IMG/VR virus record: IMGVR_UViG_3300035661_000066
Coordinates: 1-62,251 of that record
DNA: 62,251 nucleotides
Reading direction: 5' to 3' (one strand)
Origin: a virus
Taxonomy: Duplodnaviria; Caudoviricetes
The notes beneath the pieces were generated by a model. That model did no database searches, had not been told where the DNA came from, and saw nothing but the letters and a program-made list of their open reading frames with translations. Position 1 is the stretch's first letter. Each line of letters starts with the position of its first letter. The position numbers and the translations under genes are program-made. This document shows positions 36,818 to 47,017 of this stretch, in pieces.

Positions 36818-38600
36818 CGACCGGCCCCAGCCGGCAGCGGCCACCAGCGGACCGGCACGCTGCGCACGGCGTTGTCGTGCTCGTAATACTGGCTCGTAGT
36901 TTCACAAAGCACGGTGTGGTCCCAGCTCACCAAGAACAGCTGGTCAGCAGGGCTGAACTGGGCAACCACCACACCACCGTCATCCAGCTCCACCAGGAGC
37001 TTCGTGCCGTCCTTGGGTGCCAGGGCCATGGGCCGCGCCTGGTCGTCGTAAGCTGCCTGCTGGCCAGCGTGCCACGCCCGGTTCGCCAGCTTGTCAAGCG
37101 CCGTAACCAGGTTCCGCCCATCGTGGACGACCAGCTCGTTGATGGGGTTGCCATCGTAGTCGTGCATCACGCCCGTCTGGAACCCGGCCTCGCGGGCCCA
37201 TCGCAGCAAGCTCTCAGCGTTCATGTTCGTCCTCCAGCTGATCGACCCCGTCACGGATGGCGAGCCGGGCATCCACCAGATATCCACTGACGGCGTGCCG
37301 GATCGGCGTTTCCGCTACCCAGTCGTTCAGCTTTTCGAGCTCGTCAAGTCGGCGAAGAAGTTTCTTGCGCAGGTTAGCATCTGCGACCCCGTGCTTAGTT
37401 TCCATAGTGATCTCCAATTGATTGGTGAAGGCAGGTAGTGGTAACGGGTTGCGTTAGGCTGGCGACCAGCCACAGTGCCTCAAGGGTCAGCACCCACGTG
37501 AGCACCAGGACAGCCACCGCTGTCAGCGTCTGCTTAGACGGCAGACCTAGCTTGGGCGCCCAGTCAGTTGTGAGCGCCAGCATCGCTGCCCTCCTTGCGC
37601 AAGGTTGCCTCGTAGTCATCCAAGGCGAGGGTCCAACTGCGTAGGTGGTCGCGCAGCTCGTCACGGCAAGCCGCTGAATCGAGCAGGTCACTGGAGAAGA
37701 TGCAGGCATCCAGCGCGTCCATAGCCTTTAGGTGGTGGTAGTCCATAGGTCAATCCTTTCTCGCACGTCGTTGCTTGATCTCGCGCAGCAGCTCCCGCTG
37801 CAGCTCAGCCTCCTGCAGCTGCTGGCGGCGCGTCTTGGCCAGGCAGCCGTAGATGCCGAAGGGCAGGCCCAGCACCGGGACAAACAGCACCAGCAGGCCA
37901 CAGAGCCAATGGCCCCGGGCAGCGGCCACCAGGCCCATCACGAGGCCCACCAAGGCGAACAGGAGGATCATGGCTGCACCTCCGGTCGGGTTTCCAGGGT
38001 GGCGGTCCAGCGCACGCAGGGCTCACACCGCCCGCTGTTCTGGCGCCACTCGCCGTGGCTGGGGCTGGCGGTAGGCTTGCACTCGAACCACAGCCACATG
38101 CCGTTGCGGTCCATGGCCAGGTAGCGGGCCCAGGTCGGGGCGTCTTGCCAAGAGGGCTTGTTCACTGCTTGTCTCCTTTCATGATCTCGTTGTACTGCTC
38201 CAGGGTGATGGTCGCGCCGTGCTTAGCTGGGTCCTCGCTCAGCTGATCGGGATCCGGCCCCGCCACCGCTTGGCTAGCGGCACGCAGCACCTGCTTGACC
38301 TGGCTGGCGGCCTCAGGCGCCAGGTGGGCCTGGAGCTCGACCCGCAGCAGCGGTTGTGGCGCCACCTGCTCGAGATAGAGCTGGTAGCCCATGAGCCGCA
38401 GCACAGCGAGGCTGATCAGCAAGAGGGCTAGGATAAACTTGCTCATGGTCGATCTCCTCGGCCTTGGCGTGGCTCAGGTGGCGGGTAGGCTTGGTCAACC
38501 AGGTACGGGAAGCAGAGGCGGATCAGCCGGCCCTGCACGTACCAGGCCAGGTCGACCCACTTGCAGATCAGGTCGGCGAAGGTAGGCATGGTGAGCGCTC

Positions 38601-39083
38601 CTAAAGAAAGACCGCGTTGGTAAAGTCGGTGTGGGCATTCACCACCGCCCACTCCAGGTCAACCTCACGGAAGTCGGCGTGGCGGACCGTGGCGCTTTGC
38701 AGGTTGGCGAACTTCAGGCTCGCCCGGTAGAACGAGGCCCCCGAGGCCGTGGCTTGCCGCAGGTCCGCGTGGTCCAGCGTGGCCCCGATGAACCGCACCC
38801 CCGTGAGCTCGGCCTGCGTCAGGTCCGCGTAGCTCAGGTCGCTACCCGCCAAGTCAGCCCCGATCAGCGTCGCCTGGCTGAGGTTCGTGCCCAGCAGGTG
38901 GCAGCCCCGCAGCTTAGCTCCGATGAGCACGACGCCGGCCAGGTCGAGGCCTGACAGGTCCTGACCCGACAGGTCCACCTCCGTCGTGTGCAGCTGCGCC
39001 AGGCTCTGCTTCAAGATGCTGGCTGGGCAGGTGACGTAAATGCCCCCGTCTAAGTCCTTGATTTGTATGAAGTTTTGTGCCAT
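38601..39083 (-). CDS. Pentapeptide repeat protein
   Basis: Tandem A(D/N)Lxx pentapeptides over about 110 aa. Confidence 0.92.
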   Translation of the reverse strand: MAQNFIQIKDLDGGIYVTCPASILKQSLAQLHTTEVDLSGQDLSGLDLAGVVLIGAKLRGCHLLGTNLSQATLIGADLAGSDLSYADLTQAELTGVRFIGATLDHADLRQATASGASFYRASLKFANLQSATVRHADFREVDLEWAVVNAHTDFTNAVFL

Positions 39084-39099
39084 GGTGCTCCCCCTAGCG

Positions 39100-39621
39100 T
39101 CAGGTTGGTAGCAAGCAGCTGTCGTCGAAGCGCTCCGCCTCGGCCAGCTTCGCCTGCAGGAACTCGGGCACCGGCCTGAGGCGGTACCGCAGCACCCACG
39201 CCGGCTTGGTCTGGTAGTAGGCCTGGTACGCAGCCACGGTGCTGCTGAGCCGCTGGCACTCAGGCGGCATTACCTGGGGCGGCGGCATGAAGGGCAGGTC
39301 TGGGCCCGGCCAGCTCAGCCAGAAGCCGGTGAACAGCGTCAGCAGCTGCTCGCACCTGTGGGTCTTCTGGTAGCGGTGCTTGTACTCGTAGCACAGCGCC
39401 TGGAAGTGGCGCAGCAGCCAGCGGTAGTGCGCGCTGCTGGCACGGACCCACAGGGCCGAGGGGTGGTTGACGTGCGTGGGCCGGTACGGCGCCGCGACCC
39501 CAAAGCAGCTCATGGTCGTCGACAGCAGCTGCGCCGACTCCAGCGTCATCTTGACCACGTGCTTGTCGCACAGCAGCTGCGCCGCCTCCATGGGGTCGGC
39601 CGACAGGTAGAAGATGTTCAT
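39100..39621 (-). CDS. Pyrimidine dimer DNA glycosylase-like protein
   Basis: MNIFYL..DKHVVKMTLESAQLLST..HVNHPSALW..AYQAYY. Confidence 0.8.
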   Translation of the reverse strand: MNIFYLSADPMEAAQLLCDKHVVKMTLESAQLLSTTMSCFGVAAPYRPTHVNHPSALWVRASSAHYRWLLRHFQALCYEYKHRYQKTHRCEQLLTLFTGFWLSWPGPDLPFMPPPQVMPPECQRLSSTVAAYQAYYQTKPAWVLRYRLRPVPEFLQAKLAEAERFDDSCLLPT

Positions 39622-39884
39622 GACCAGTCTCCCAGGAGCCAGGCGCCGCCCAGCTCGCGCAGCGTGCGCTTGAACATGACGGGACGGCAGGCATCGGCAT
39701 GGAGCCGGCTGATGAGCACGCGTGGGCGCAGCTTGAGGCGGTAGGCCTCAGCCAGGCCCTGGGCCCGCCACCAGGCGTTGGAGGTGGGGTTCGTGCACCA
39801 GGCGCGGTTGGCGTGGTCGACCGGCCAGCGAGGCGCCTGTGATGCACGCGGCCGACTGGTCTTGAAGAGCTGGAGCAGCTTCAT
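39618..39884 (-). CDS. Hypothetical early protein
   Basis: First gene after a promoter cassette; ATGA overlap downstream. Confidence 0.65.
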   Translation of the reverse strand: MKLLQLFKTSRPRASQAPRWPVDHANRAWCTNPTSNAWWRAQGLAEAYRLKLRPRVLISRLHADACRPVMFKRTLRELGGAWLLGDWS

Positions 39885-39891
39885 GGTGATG

Positions 39892-39964
39892 ATCCTCAGC
39901 AGTAACTCGTTGATCGTAAATCTATTGTAGCTACCTGACCGCTAGTTGTAAACCATTATTTTCA
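39892..39964 (-). promoter_or_regulatory. Sigma70 promoter cassette
   Basis: TTTACA(39947-52)-N17-TACAAT(39924-29) plus conserved leader. Confidence 0.85.
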
Positions 39965-42094
39965 ATATTTCGCCACTTTTTTGCTTGGTGCCCGTCCCTT
40001 GGCAACGTCGCCCCGCAGGTGCTGCGCCAGCTCAGCTGCTGTGGCGTTGGCCCACCGGTCGACGTGGCGGATGATGTAGTAGCGGCCCTGCGTGCCATCC
40101 GCCAAGCGCAGCGGCGCCCCCTGCAGCGCCTGCAGCACCCCAGCGCGGCGCAGCTCGCGGCCCAGGCCGTTGGCGGTCGTGCGGGTGCGGCCCTCGGGGT
40201 CGTACAGCGCCAGCAGCTCCTTGCCGGTGTAGAGGTCCGGCTTCAGCTTCACGCCGCCCACCATCAGCACGGCGTCGGGCGTGGCCAGCAGGTTCCGGAC
40301 CCAAGCCCCGAGGTCGGACTGCCCGTCCGCGATCATTCGCTCCTTGGCGTGCGTCTTCAAGGCGCGGGCGGCTGGGTTGAAGCCGGTCAGGTCGAGCTTC
40401 AGGAGGTAGTCAAACACGTGGGACGCCCCGCCTGCCTTCAGCCACTGGTCATACATCTGATAGAAGGCCTCGCTCAGGGGCGGGGCCACCACCTCATGGA
40501 TGAAGAAGCGGCGGTCGTCGTCCTCTAGGAAGAAGGCGTCTGGCTGGTTGCTGGTGAAGTAGTAGTTGATGCAGTCCGGCACCACGTAGGTGGGGACGTA
40601 CTTTGCGTTCACCCGCAGCTCCCGCTGGGTAATCAGCTTCTTCAGGAAGTCGGCCTCCTGCCGCTTGTCCGACCCGGTGACGTCGTCCCCCATCACGAAC
40701 TGCTTGCTCTCAGCCCACTCGTTGAAGGAGCCGTGCAGGTCCTGCTGCGTGATCTCGGTGAAGTTCTGCCCGTAGATGTTCGCCAGCGTGTAGCCGATCA
40801 GGGACTTGCCGGTACCGTGCCGGATGCCGTAGATGACAGCTGACGAGTAGAGCTTCGTGCCCGGGTGCTGCAAGGGGTACGCGCACCACTGCAGGAACCA
40901 CTTAAGCGCCTCGGGCTCGGCCCCTTGGAACAGGTGCTCCAGCAGCTCGATGAAGGGCTTGTGGTTGCCCGGCACGGCCTCGCAGCCCCAACCCGGCCAC
41001 AGGTTCAAGCGGCTGCCGCCCGTGGGGCTGTCCACCAGGGCCCCGGCCCCTGGCTGGTAGGTCAGGGCCTCGGCCTCCTTGCGCAGGGGCCAGCTAAGCC
41101 AGGCGGCCGCGGCGGAGACGGGCTTGTAGCTGATGGAGCCGTCTGGCTTGAGCTGGCGCTCCTGGTAGCGCTTCGCCGCCTCCGCGTGCTCCTTGAAGGC
41201 GCCAGGCGGCAGCTTCTGCTTGGTGACCGTGTTGAAGATGAGGCCCGGGCTCTGGATGTACGTGTACTTGTCGTTCAGGCTGAAGAGCACGCTGCTCAGC
41301 CCCAGGGGCTCGGCCTCATGAAGCAGCTGGTGCAGCTGGTCGACCGCGTTGGGGCCGGCATGGACGAGGAAGTCGTCCAGCCCCACCTTGTCCAGGTCCT
41401 CGAGCGTGGGCAGCAGCACGAGGTAGACGAACGCGCCCCGCTGCACGAGGGCCTCGGCCAGCTCGCGGAGGGCGTGGGCGATCATGACGTTCGTGCTGAG
41501 GTCAGAGTCGAAGCAGATGTAGACGCAGCGCCGGGCCCACAGCACGAGGTCGAGGCTGGGCAGCCACTCAAGGCCCAGCTTGTGGCTGCGCCAGTTGTAG
41601 ACGCCGCCCAGGCCGATGGTGGGGAAGCCCTCCTTGCAGGCCTTGGCGGCCTTCAGCTCGCCCTCGGTGAGGATGATGGGGATGCCGACGTCGACGGCGA
41701 TCTCGGCCCAGTTCTCGTTCCGCGGGTAGTAGGCGACGGGGGCCGTGTTGGGCTCCTGGGTGTAGCGCTGCTGCTTGCCCCGGGCCTGCTCCTCGAAGCC
41801 CTGCGGCTGCTCCAGGTAGCGCAACCGGTAGAACGGCGGGCACCCCGGCCAGTCTGACAGGGGGTTACCCAGAATGTCATGATAGGGGATGCGCATAGCC
41901 ACAACAGGCTTAAATGATTTGTGGAGTTCCTGGGCCATTCCTGTGTCAAGAACTGACATGTTTAGGGTACTTGCGTCGTCCAGGTCCAACCCGGAGGTGG
42001 CTAGCTTGGCCTCGAATAGGTCCTGGGCCCGTTGGCTGATGGCCCGCCGGGCGGTGGCTGGTTTGGTGGCAGTGGTGGATTTTTTAGCAGGCAT
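39962..42094 (-). CDS. Primase-helicase (Toprim-like plus SF3/D5-like NTPase)
   Basis: LTEGELKA, FDSD, GLDDFL; GIRHGTGKS Walker A, FTSN, DDRRF. Confidence 0.9.
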   Translation of the reverse strand: MPAKKSTTATKPATARRAISQRAQDLFEAKLATSGLDLDDASTLNMSVLDTGMAQELHKSFKPVVAMRIPYHDILGNPLSDWPGCPPFYRLRYLEQPQGFEEQARGKQQRYTQEPNTAPVAYYPRNENWAEIAVDVGIPIILTEGELKAAKACKEGFPTIGLGGVYNWRSHKLGLEWLPSLDLVLWARRCVYICFDSDLSTNVMIAHALRELAEALVQRGAFVYLVLLPTLEDLDKVGLDDFLVHAGPNAVDQLHQLLHEAEPLGLSSVLFSLNDKYTYIQSPGLIFNTVTKQKLPPGAFKEHAEAAKRYQERQLKPDGSISYKPVSAAAAWLSWPLRKEAEALTYQPGAGALVDSPTGGSRLNLWPGWGCEAVPGNHKPFIELLEHLFQGAEPEALKWFLQWCAYPLQHPGTKLYSSAVIYGIRHGTGKSLIGYTLANIYGQNFTEITQQDLHGSFNEWAESKQFVMGDDVTGSDKRQEADFLKKLITQRELRVNAKYVPTYVVPDCINYYFTSNQPDAFFLEDDDRRFFIHEVVAPPLSEAFYQMYDQWLKAGGASHVFDYLLKLDLTGFNPAARALKTHAKERMIADGQSDLGAWVRNLLATPDAVLMVGGVKLKPDLYTGKELLALYDPEGRTRTTANGLGRELRRAGVLQALQGAPLRLADGTQGRYYIIRHVDRWANATAAELAQHLRGDVAKGRAPSKKVAKY

Positions 42095-42298
42095 AACGGG
42101 ACCTCACGCGGGGCGTGATTAACAGGTGGAGGTGGAGCGATGCAGCAAGCAGGAAGGGGACCGGCGCCAACACGACTTGCTGAGGATCGTTGACACCACG
42201 GGAGACGGCCTGGCAAGAAGGCCTGAGAGGTGCCGCGAGGCGCCGGTCAAGGGCATCATAGCAAGGCTGGTTGCAGGTGTACATGGCGAAGGTCCCCA

Positions 42299-42742
42299 TC
42301 ACAGCTTGGGCAACTTGGTGGCGAACTTGGCCAGGACGCTGGGGCTGGCCTTCCAGATGGTGGCAATGTCGCCGTCCTCGAGCAAGATGGCGTAGTGGCG
42401 GCCACCCAGCACGCGCCGCCGCAAGGGGGTCAGCTCCAGCTTGACCAGCTGCAGGGCCTCCTCAGCGGTCAGCAGGCAGGCGGTATCGCTCTCGCGGTAG
42501 TGCACCAAGAACTCGTGCCGGCCCTTGACCGTGGCGTAGGCGCCGCCACCCGGGTGCCAGTTCGTGGCGCGCCGGTCAGCCAGCAGGTCCTCAGCCGCCA
42601 TGCCCAAGGCCTGCTGCATGGCTTTGATCTTTTCGCCCACCGCTTGGCGCTTGGCGCGGGGCATCTGGTAGACAATGTCGCGAAAGATCTGCTTCAGATT
42701 TTCGGAAATTTCCACAAAACTCTCCTGTAAGATAGAACACAA
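42299..42742 (-). CDS. Hypothetical protein, first gene of the minus arm
   Basis: ORF downstream of a promoter; likely GTG start near 42715 after AGGAG. Confidence 0.65.
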   Translation of the reverse strand: MCSILQESFVEISENLKQIFRDIVYQMPRAKRQAVGEKIKAMQQALGMAAEDLLADRRATNWHPGGGAYATVKGRHEFLVHYRESDTACLLTAEEALQLVKLELTPLRRRVLGGRHYAILLEDGDIATIWKASPSVLAKFATKLPKL

Positions 42743-42744
42743 TT

Positions 42745-42773
42745 ATTATAGTTATTTCAAGCACGCCTGTACA
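42745..42773 (-). promoter_or_regulatory. Sigma70-like promoter
   Basis: TGTACA-N17-TATAAT. Confidence 0.7.
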
Positions 42774-42846
42774 TGGTGGAAACTTGGCTGCTTGGGGCTT
42801 GGGGCTTGGCTCTCAGTGGGGTGGCGAAAACGACCAAAAATGGGTC

Positions 42847-42988
42847 CCGCTACACATTTTGCTACAGCTTCACATTTTTCCTTTTATTCTTCTATCCCTC
42901 TCTGTAGTCTCTATATATTTAACTTACACTACCGTTAGCCGACCATCAATATAGAAAAAATGTGAAGCTGTAGCAAAATGTGTAGCGG
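42847..42988. repeat. Inverted-repeat element, copy 1 (33-bp perfect arms, 76-nt AT-rich core)
   Basis: Arms 42847-42879 and 42956-42988; close copy at 54165-54304. Confidence 0.95.
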
Positions 42989-43429
42989 AGCCAAAAATGA
43001 CCGAAAGCCTTATCAGGTAATGCTTGCGGGCCCATTTTGGCCTCTTTTTCAGCTGCTACACAATTTCTGGAGGCCGTCTTTTGTCCCCCCAAAAAGCCCG
43101 AAAATGAGCGCCAAAATGAGGTACTTTTTGGCTCACTTTCGGCTCAAAAATGGCGAAAAACAGGCAAAATTCGGCCCCAAAAGCCCAAAATTGACCTCTT
43201 TTTCGCCTGCTTTAGCCCCACCTTGGCGGCTCCACCGACCCTGCTTCACCGACCAAAAAGCGGCATTTTGCAGTACAATGAACCTCAATGCTGAGGTAAT
43301 TTCGGCCTGATGCCGCCCCACCACCGGCCTCACCAACGAGCCGTGAAACAGCTCAAATCAGCGCCGAAATAAAACTCTTTGTTTACAAACTCCGCAAATG
43401 TGTAGCGGAATTTTTGGGGTCTAACTACC

Positions 43430-44053
43430 ATGACGACTGCTGCTCCGAAGCGCGACGCTGCCGCGATCAAGCGCGTAAAAGCGGACAAGGGCGATTCGCC
43501 CACCAAGCAAAAACGTGAAAAACGCGTGGTTCTACCAACTGGCGACGAATGGCGCTCGGTGCGCGCTGAGTTCGAGGCTGGCGCCACCGTGCAGAACCTT
43601 TCGCTCAAGTACAACATCTCCGCTACAGCCATTAACAGGCGCCGAAGCATTGAAGGGTGGCGCCAAGATGCTGAAGCGGCGATTAAAATGCGGACTCAAG
43701 AGCGCCTTGCGAAAATTCAAAAATCGCAAGATCCCGTCAAAAGGGATGAGGCCATCGAGAATGAAGCGCAAGCCCGCGCGAACGTCATTCACCGCCATCG
43801 ACGTGAGTGGGACACCCACGCGGTGCTGCTCGACGAGACCTTTGCCCGACGCGATTTCAACCTCGCCAAGCTCACCAAAATCACCGCCGAGATTCTAATG
43901 ATCCGTCAGTCGGGCGAGCGCAAGGCCTGGAACATCGATACCGTAACGCAAAACATCAACATCAACGCCACCGGGGTTGGTGACGCTGTGAACCTGAAAG
44001 GACTATCTGACGATGAGCTCGCCGTTATCATTCGTGGCGAAGGCCAGAGCTGA
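43430..44053 (+). CDS. terS: Terminase small subunit
   Basis: HTH-like N-terminus (W..VRAEFEAG..LSLKYNIS..EGW), DLSDDEL-type tail, upstream of terL. Confidence 0.8.
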   Translation: MTTAAPKRDAAAIKRVKADKGDSPTKQKREKRVVLPTGDEWRSVRAEFEAGATVQNLSLKYNISATAINRRRSIEGWRQDAEAAIKMRTQERLAKIQKSQDPVKRDEAIENEAQARANVIHRHRREWDTHAVLLDETFARRDFNLAKLTKITAEILMIRQSGERKAWNIDTVTQNININATGVGDAVNLKGLSDDELAVIIRGEGQS

Positions 44054-45569
44054 GGCTGCCAAGGAGCTGCTGATCCGGCGCCGGGCACGCGCCGACGTGC
44101 TGGACTACTGCAACGCCATCGACATCCCTGGTAAACCAGCCACCGACGACCCCGACACCGAGTTCTTCAAGCCCATTGAATCGACCATGGCGCTTCACCA
44201 CCGGTTGATCATGCAAGCCCTTGAAAAGACAAGCAAAACTCCCTTCGGCCGGCTTATGCTGTTCATGCCACCGGGCTCCGCCAAGTCCACCTACGCCTCG
44301 GTGGTTTACCCCTCACGGTACCTCGGAGAGGAGGCCAACCGCCGCCTGATCCTCGCCAGCTACGGGGACGACCTCGCCAAGAAGATGGGTCGCCGTACCA
44401 GGTCCGTCATCAAGCAGCCCCGCTACCGCGGTATCTATAATGCCGAGCTGACGCGGGACTCCAACGCCGTGAACCAGTTCGCGCTGACCAACGGCAGCGA
44501 GTACATGGCCACCGGGCTCTTGGGTGGCATCACCGGGAACCGGGCTGGTGGCGTGATCATCGACGACCCCATCAAGGGCCGCGAGCAAGCTGACTCCCCC
44601 ACCATCCGCCAGAAGACCTACGACGCCTACGAGGATGACCTCAAGACACGTTTGATTCCTGGTGGCTGGATCTGCCTGATCCAGACGCGATGGCATGAGG
44701 ACGACCTCGCTGGCCGCATCCTGCCTGAGGACTGGGCAGGTCAGTCCGGTGATATCCTGTGCCGTGACGGCAACATCTGGCGGGTGATCTCGCTCCAAGC
44801 GCGCTGTGAGCTGCCCAACGACCCGCTTAACCGCCAGGTGGGTGAGTACCTCTGGCCTGAGTGGTTCAATGAGAAGCACTGGGCGCAGTTCGAGCGCAAC
44901 CCACGCACGTGGGCCAGCTTGTTCCAGCAGCTGCCCCGCTCGATTGAGGGCACGCTGTTCCAGGAGGAAAGCTTGCTCATCTTCGGTCACCCCCACCCCG
45001 ACCCCACGCAGGTGGACTACGTCTACGCCGTCATCGACACCGCCTTCAAGGGTGGCGACAAGAACGACGGCACGGCCGTCACCTTCTTCGCCCGCAACCG
45101 CTTTGCCGGCGTCCCGCTGCTGGTTGTGGACTGGGACATCGTGAAGATTGACGGGGCCTTGCTTGAGGACTGGGTGCCAGGCATCATCCGCCAGCTGGAC
45201 CACCTGGCCAAGGCCCTGGGGGCACGCCTGGGCTCCGGTGGGCTCTACATCGAGGACAAGGCAGCTGGGACGATCCTGCTCCAGAAGGCCGCTGTCAAGG
45301 GCTGGGCCGCGCAAGCCATCGACTCGAAGCTGGTGGAGCTGGGCAAGGACAGCCGGGGCCTGGGTGTGTCGGACTACGTGGCGCGAGGCGACGTGAAGAT
45401 TACTGAAAGCGCCTACCGCAAGAAGAAGGCATATAATGACCGCGAGCAAAACCACTTCATCTCCCAGGTAACCGGTTACCGCCTGGGGCTTCCCAACCAA
45501 GCCGATGACCTCTACGATACGTTCTGCTACGGGATCTCAATCGGCATCGGCACAGAGGACGGCTACTAA
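44013..45569 (+). CDS. terL: Terminase large subunit
   Basis: MPPGSAKS Walker A, IIDDP Walker B, QTRWHEDD, IDTA, IEDKA, DDLYD. Confidence 0.95.
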   Translation: MSSPLSFVAKARAEAAKELLIRRRARADVLDYCNAIDIPGKPATDDPDTEFFKPIESTMALHHRLIMQALEKTSKTPFGRLMLFMPPGSAKSTYASVVYPSRYLGEEANRRLILASYGDDLAKKMGRRTRSVIKQPRYRGIYNAELTRDSNAVNQFALTNGSEYMATGLLGGITGNRAGGVIIDDPIKGREQADSPTIRQKTYDAYEDDLKTRLIPGGWICLIQTRWHEDDLAGRILPEDWAGQSGDILCRDGNIWRVISLQARCELPNDPLNRQVGEYLWPEWFNEKHWAQFERNPRTWASLFQQLPRSIEGTLFQEESLLIFGHPHPDPTQVDYVYAVIDTAFKGGDKNDGTAVTFFARNRFAGVPLLVVDWDIVKIDGALLEDWVPGIIRQLDHLAKALGARLGSGGLYIEDKAAGTILLQKAAVKGWAAQAIDSKLVELGKDSRGLGVSDYVARGDVKITESAYRKKKAYNDREQNHFISQVTGYRLGLPNQADDLYDTFCYGISIGIGTEDGY

Positions 45570-47017
45570 TGTTCGGAAATGACAACGCCACCACCGGCCA
45601 GGGGTACGGCACCATCAATGTTGAGGGCACGGGCCTTGGCTCACCGCTGCAGCAGGTGCTAATGGCTGACAGCATCGAGCCGGGCTCTGACCCCAGCTAC
45701 GAGCTCTGCAAGATCATCTACACCTACCACCCGCTGGGTGCCAAGATGGTCGACCGCCCCATCAAGATGGCCATGAGCCAGAAGCGCACGATCACCGTGC
45801 AAGGCAGCCCGGAGGAGATGGTCAAAGATGCCTTCAACCGTGAGTGGGAGAACCTGGGCTGCGACCAGCTGATCGCTAACACCATGCGGCTGAGCCGTAT
45901 CTACGGCATCGCCTCGCTGGTGTACGGCGTAGAGGGCGAGGAGACCGATCGGCCGGCTGAGCTCAAGGACCTGTACGCCAAGAAGATCTACTTCAACGTC
46001 CTGGACCCCCTCAACACGGCCGGCTCCCTGGTACTGAACCAGAACCCCACTGCCGTGGACTTCCAGAAGCGAGGTGACATCACGGTGGCTGGTAAGACCT
46101 TCCACCGCTCCAGGGCCTGCGTGATCATGAACGAGGAACCAATCTACATCGAGTTCACCACCTCCGCCTTTGGCTTCGTGGGTCGCTCGGTCTACCAGCG
46201 TGCCCTCTTCCCGCTCAAGACCTTCGTGCAGTCCATGCAGACGGACGACATGGTGACGCGCAAGGCGGGGCTCCTGATCGCCAAGATGAAGCAGGTGGGC
46301 TCCATCACGGACAAGCTCATGTACGCCATGGGCGGGGTCAAGCGCCGGTTGCTCCAGCAGGCCAAGACGGACAACGTGCTCAGCATCTCAACTGAGGAGT
46401 CCGTTGAGACGTTGAACCTGCAGAACGCCGATACCGCCATGGTCGTAGCGCGCAAGAACGTGCTGGAGAACATCGCGGCAGCTGCCGACATGCCGGCCCA
46501 GATCCTGAACAACGAGACGTTTGCTGAGGGTTTTGGGGAAGGCACCGAGGACGCCAAGGAGGTGGTACGCTACTGCCACGGCGTGCGGAACGACATGCAG
46601 CCGCTCTACGACTTCCTGGACAAGCTGGTGCGCTACCGCGCCTGGAACCGGGACTTCTATGCCCGCGTGCAGGCCGAGTTCCCCGAGTACAAGGAGGTCG
46701 AGTACGAGACCGCCTTCTTCCAGTGGTACAACAACTTCGAGACCACGTGGCCCAGCCTGATGGAGGAGCCGGAGTCCAAGAAGCTGGAAAGCCAGGAGAA
46801 GAAGCTCAAGGCGCTGACCGAGCTGCTGGTCGTGCTCATGCCCACCGTGGACCCGGGCAACAAGGCCAGGCTCATCGAGTGGGCGATGGACAATTACAAC
46901 GAGCTGAAGCTCCTGTTTCCGCAGCCCATGCTCCTGGACCTCGAGGAGCTGCAGGAGTACCTAGCCAACCTGCCCCAGGACGAGGCTGTCGGTGACCCGA
47001 AGGACCTGCGCCTATGA
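45569..47017 (+). CDS. Portal protein (DUF1073-like)
   Basis: 482 aa after terL; SRIYG and FHRSR motifs. Confidence 0.85.
   Translation: MFGNDNATTGQGYGTINVEGTGLGSPLQQVLMADSIEPGSDPSYELCKIIYTYHPLGAKMVDRPIKMAMSQKRTITVQGSPEEMVKDAFNREWENLGCDQLIANTMRLSRIYGIASLVYGVEGEETDRPAELKDLYAKKIYFNVLDPLNTAGSLVLNQNPTAVDFQKRGDITVAGKTFHRSRACVIMNEEPIYIEFTTSAFGFVGRSVYQRALFPLKTFVQSMQTDDMVTRKAGLLIAKMKQVGSITDKLMYAMGGVKRRLLQQAKTDNVLSISTEESVETLNLQNADTAMVVARKNVLENIAAAADMPAQILNNETFAEGFGEGTEDAKEVVRYCHGVRNDMQPLYDFLDKLVRYRAWNRDFYARVQAEFPEYKEVEYETAFFQWYNNFETTWPSLMEEPESKKLESQEKKLKALTELLVVLMPTVDPGNKARLIEWAMDNYNELKLLFPQPMLLDLEELQEYLANLPQDEAVGDPKDLRL

Larger units (their letters stand above)
32924..38590 (-). other. Dense array of roughly 20 small hypothetical early genes
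   Basis: Tightly packed minus-strand ORFs, e.g. 33717-34343, 34513-34965, 34969-35466, 35482-35676, 35758-36174, 37564-37746, 37750-37971, 37968-38165, 38162-38446. Confidence 0.8.

Noticed and set aside
42847-42988. Protelomerase target (linear plasmid prophage)
   Set aside because: Arms are separated by a 76-nt spacer, and no protelomerase or partition genes are evident
42978-43336. ORFs in the divergent intergenic region
   Set aside because: Lys/Phe/Pro-rich translations of A/T tracts with atypical codon use; more likely non-coding
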